A stretch of 64,000 bases of DNA from a bacterium (GTDB lineage Bacteria; Hinthialibacterota; Hinthialibacteria; Hinthialibacterales; Hinthialibacteraceae), in NCBI GenBank assembly GCA_963663405.2, contig CAXXSM010000118.1:32001-96000 (forward strand), read 5' to 3'. The notes under the pieces were generated by a model. It made no database searches. It was not told the DNA's origin and was given only the letters and a program-made list of their open reading frames with translations. Shown in pieces: positions 63,008 to 64,000 of this stretch. Every line of letters begins with the position of its first letter. Within the stretch, counting starts at the first letter, position 1. Both the position numbers and the translations under genes were made by a program.

Positions 63008-63991
63008 TTAATCCAATCCAGCCGCTTTCACAATTTTATCTACATCCGCTTCCACTGCTGATATGGGAGCGATGTCAAAGATCTTCCATTTTTCTACGTG
63101 GGTGACGGATTTTTCCGGGGTGAGTTTTACCATTGGGCCGATGGATTCGATTTCGAAGATCTCTTCGTTGGTGAAGATCTCGACCGAGCAGCCGAAGTCG
63201 GGATAGGTGGATTCATCGTGGTAAGCCACATATTTCACGAAGAGCTGATCCTTCAGCGCGTAACCCGCCCAGCCTCCGGTATAGGAGAATCCGAGTTTGA
63301 ATTTCACAGAGTTGTTTGGATCTTGCTGAACCGCGATGTATTTATCCATGAATTTTAATCGTGGATCGGTCAGGTCGGTGTAACTCCAAAGGGAAAGACT
63401 GCGGACCGGCAGAAAATGCCCCGGTCCATGCGGGGCATATGGCGCATTGGAAAAAATTCCTACTCCGCCTTGGTTCATGACCGTCAGCACCCACGGCGCG
63501 ATTTCAAGCGTTTTCACGCCACAGTTGGTCAGTTTATGAGTCAAAGTAACCAGGCCGTCTTCATCCATCGAGATATGCATCTCTTTGCGCAGTTCCAGAG
63601 CGCCGTGGAAATTGTAATCCTCAAGTTTCGCTTCAATCGCTTCTTGCGTTCCCAATTCATTGCGTAATTCAACGTCAACCACTTCTGGAGCCGCGACTAA
63701 AGAGAGCGTGTTCCCTTTTACTTCCGCGCGCACGGGGATATTGTCAGGTAGATAGGTTCCGATTGGATCTTCCGGCGCTCTCCACAGGCGGTGGCCGCCG
63801 TACGCGACCCATTCGTCGCCGCCGGTCTGTCCAACGGTCTTCTCATCCACGTACAGAATGTTGCCTTTTCCCTTTTTAGCGAAGTAGAGAACCCGCGGCC
63901 CAATCTCCGCTACGACAACCATTTCTACGTCGCCGTTGGTGATCCGGTAGCACTCATCCCAGCCTTTAAACGATGTCTTTTCAATGTTCAC
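63008..63991 (-). CDS. hypothetical protein, galactose-mutarotase-like/DUF4380-like
   Basis: IGPRV, YGGHRLWRAPE, YPDFGC..E, EIES.GP, HVEKW pattern. Confidence 0.6.
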   Translation of the reverse strand: MNIEKTSFKGWDECYRITNGDVEMVVVAEIGPRVLYFAKKGKGNILYVDEKTVGQTGGDEWVAYGGHRLWRAPEDPIGTYLPDNIPVRAEVKGNTLSLVAAPEVVDVELRNELGTQEAIEAKLEDYNFHGALELRKEMHISMDEDGLVTLTHKLTNCGVKTLEIAPWVLTVMNQGGVGIFSNAPYAPHGPGHFLPVRSLSLWSYTDLTDPRLKFMDKYIAVQQDPNNSVKFKLGFSYTGGWAGYALKDQLFVKYVAYHDESTYPDFGCSVEIFTNEEIFEIESIGPMVKLTPEKSVTHVEKWKIFDIAPISAVEADVDKIVKAAGLD

Positions 63992-64000
63992 GGTATCCGC

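Overview
Bacterial chromosomal window of moderate GC. The Tat-signal oxidoreductases, DUF4159/MoxR operon and AFTLIELL-type pilin-like gene suggest a PVC-like or candidate-phylum lineage (inference only). It opens with the 3' end of an IS91-family element, thrB, a parDE cassette flanked by a duplicated mrr 3' end, and mrr. Next come two unusual fusion genes (transketolase-N-like + PLP aminotransferase; TIM-barrel epimerase + class I aldolase-like), envelope genes (PBP1A, WecA/TagO-like, SppA, MurJ), an ECF sigma/anti-sigma pair, a complete hoxEFUYHW NAD-linked [NiFe]-hydrogenase operon, five Tat-signal redox proteins, a GH30-like protein and a beta-propeller two-component system. The most interesting locus (42.2-50.5 kb) appears only after removing two insertion sequences in silico. 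It is an operon of a [NiFe]-hydrogenase large subunit with no C-terminal maturation peptide, a Tat-exported anchorless small subunit and a chemoreceptor with a periplasmic CxxCH heme-c motif: a candidate periplasmic H2-sensing chemotaxis module, now doubly IS-inactivated. The window ends with a low-GC DUF4145/HEPN-like gene, a TPR-DUF4159-MoxR-DUF58 operon, a Phd/VapC pair, ggt and small accessory genes. Four genes (parE, mrr, DUF1015, murJ) each carry a single +1 insertion, at least partly suggesting assembly error. No rRNA, tRNA or CRISPR array was seen.
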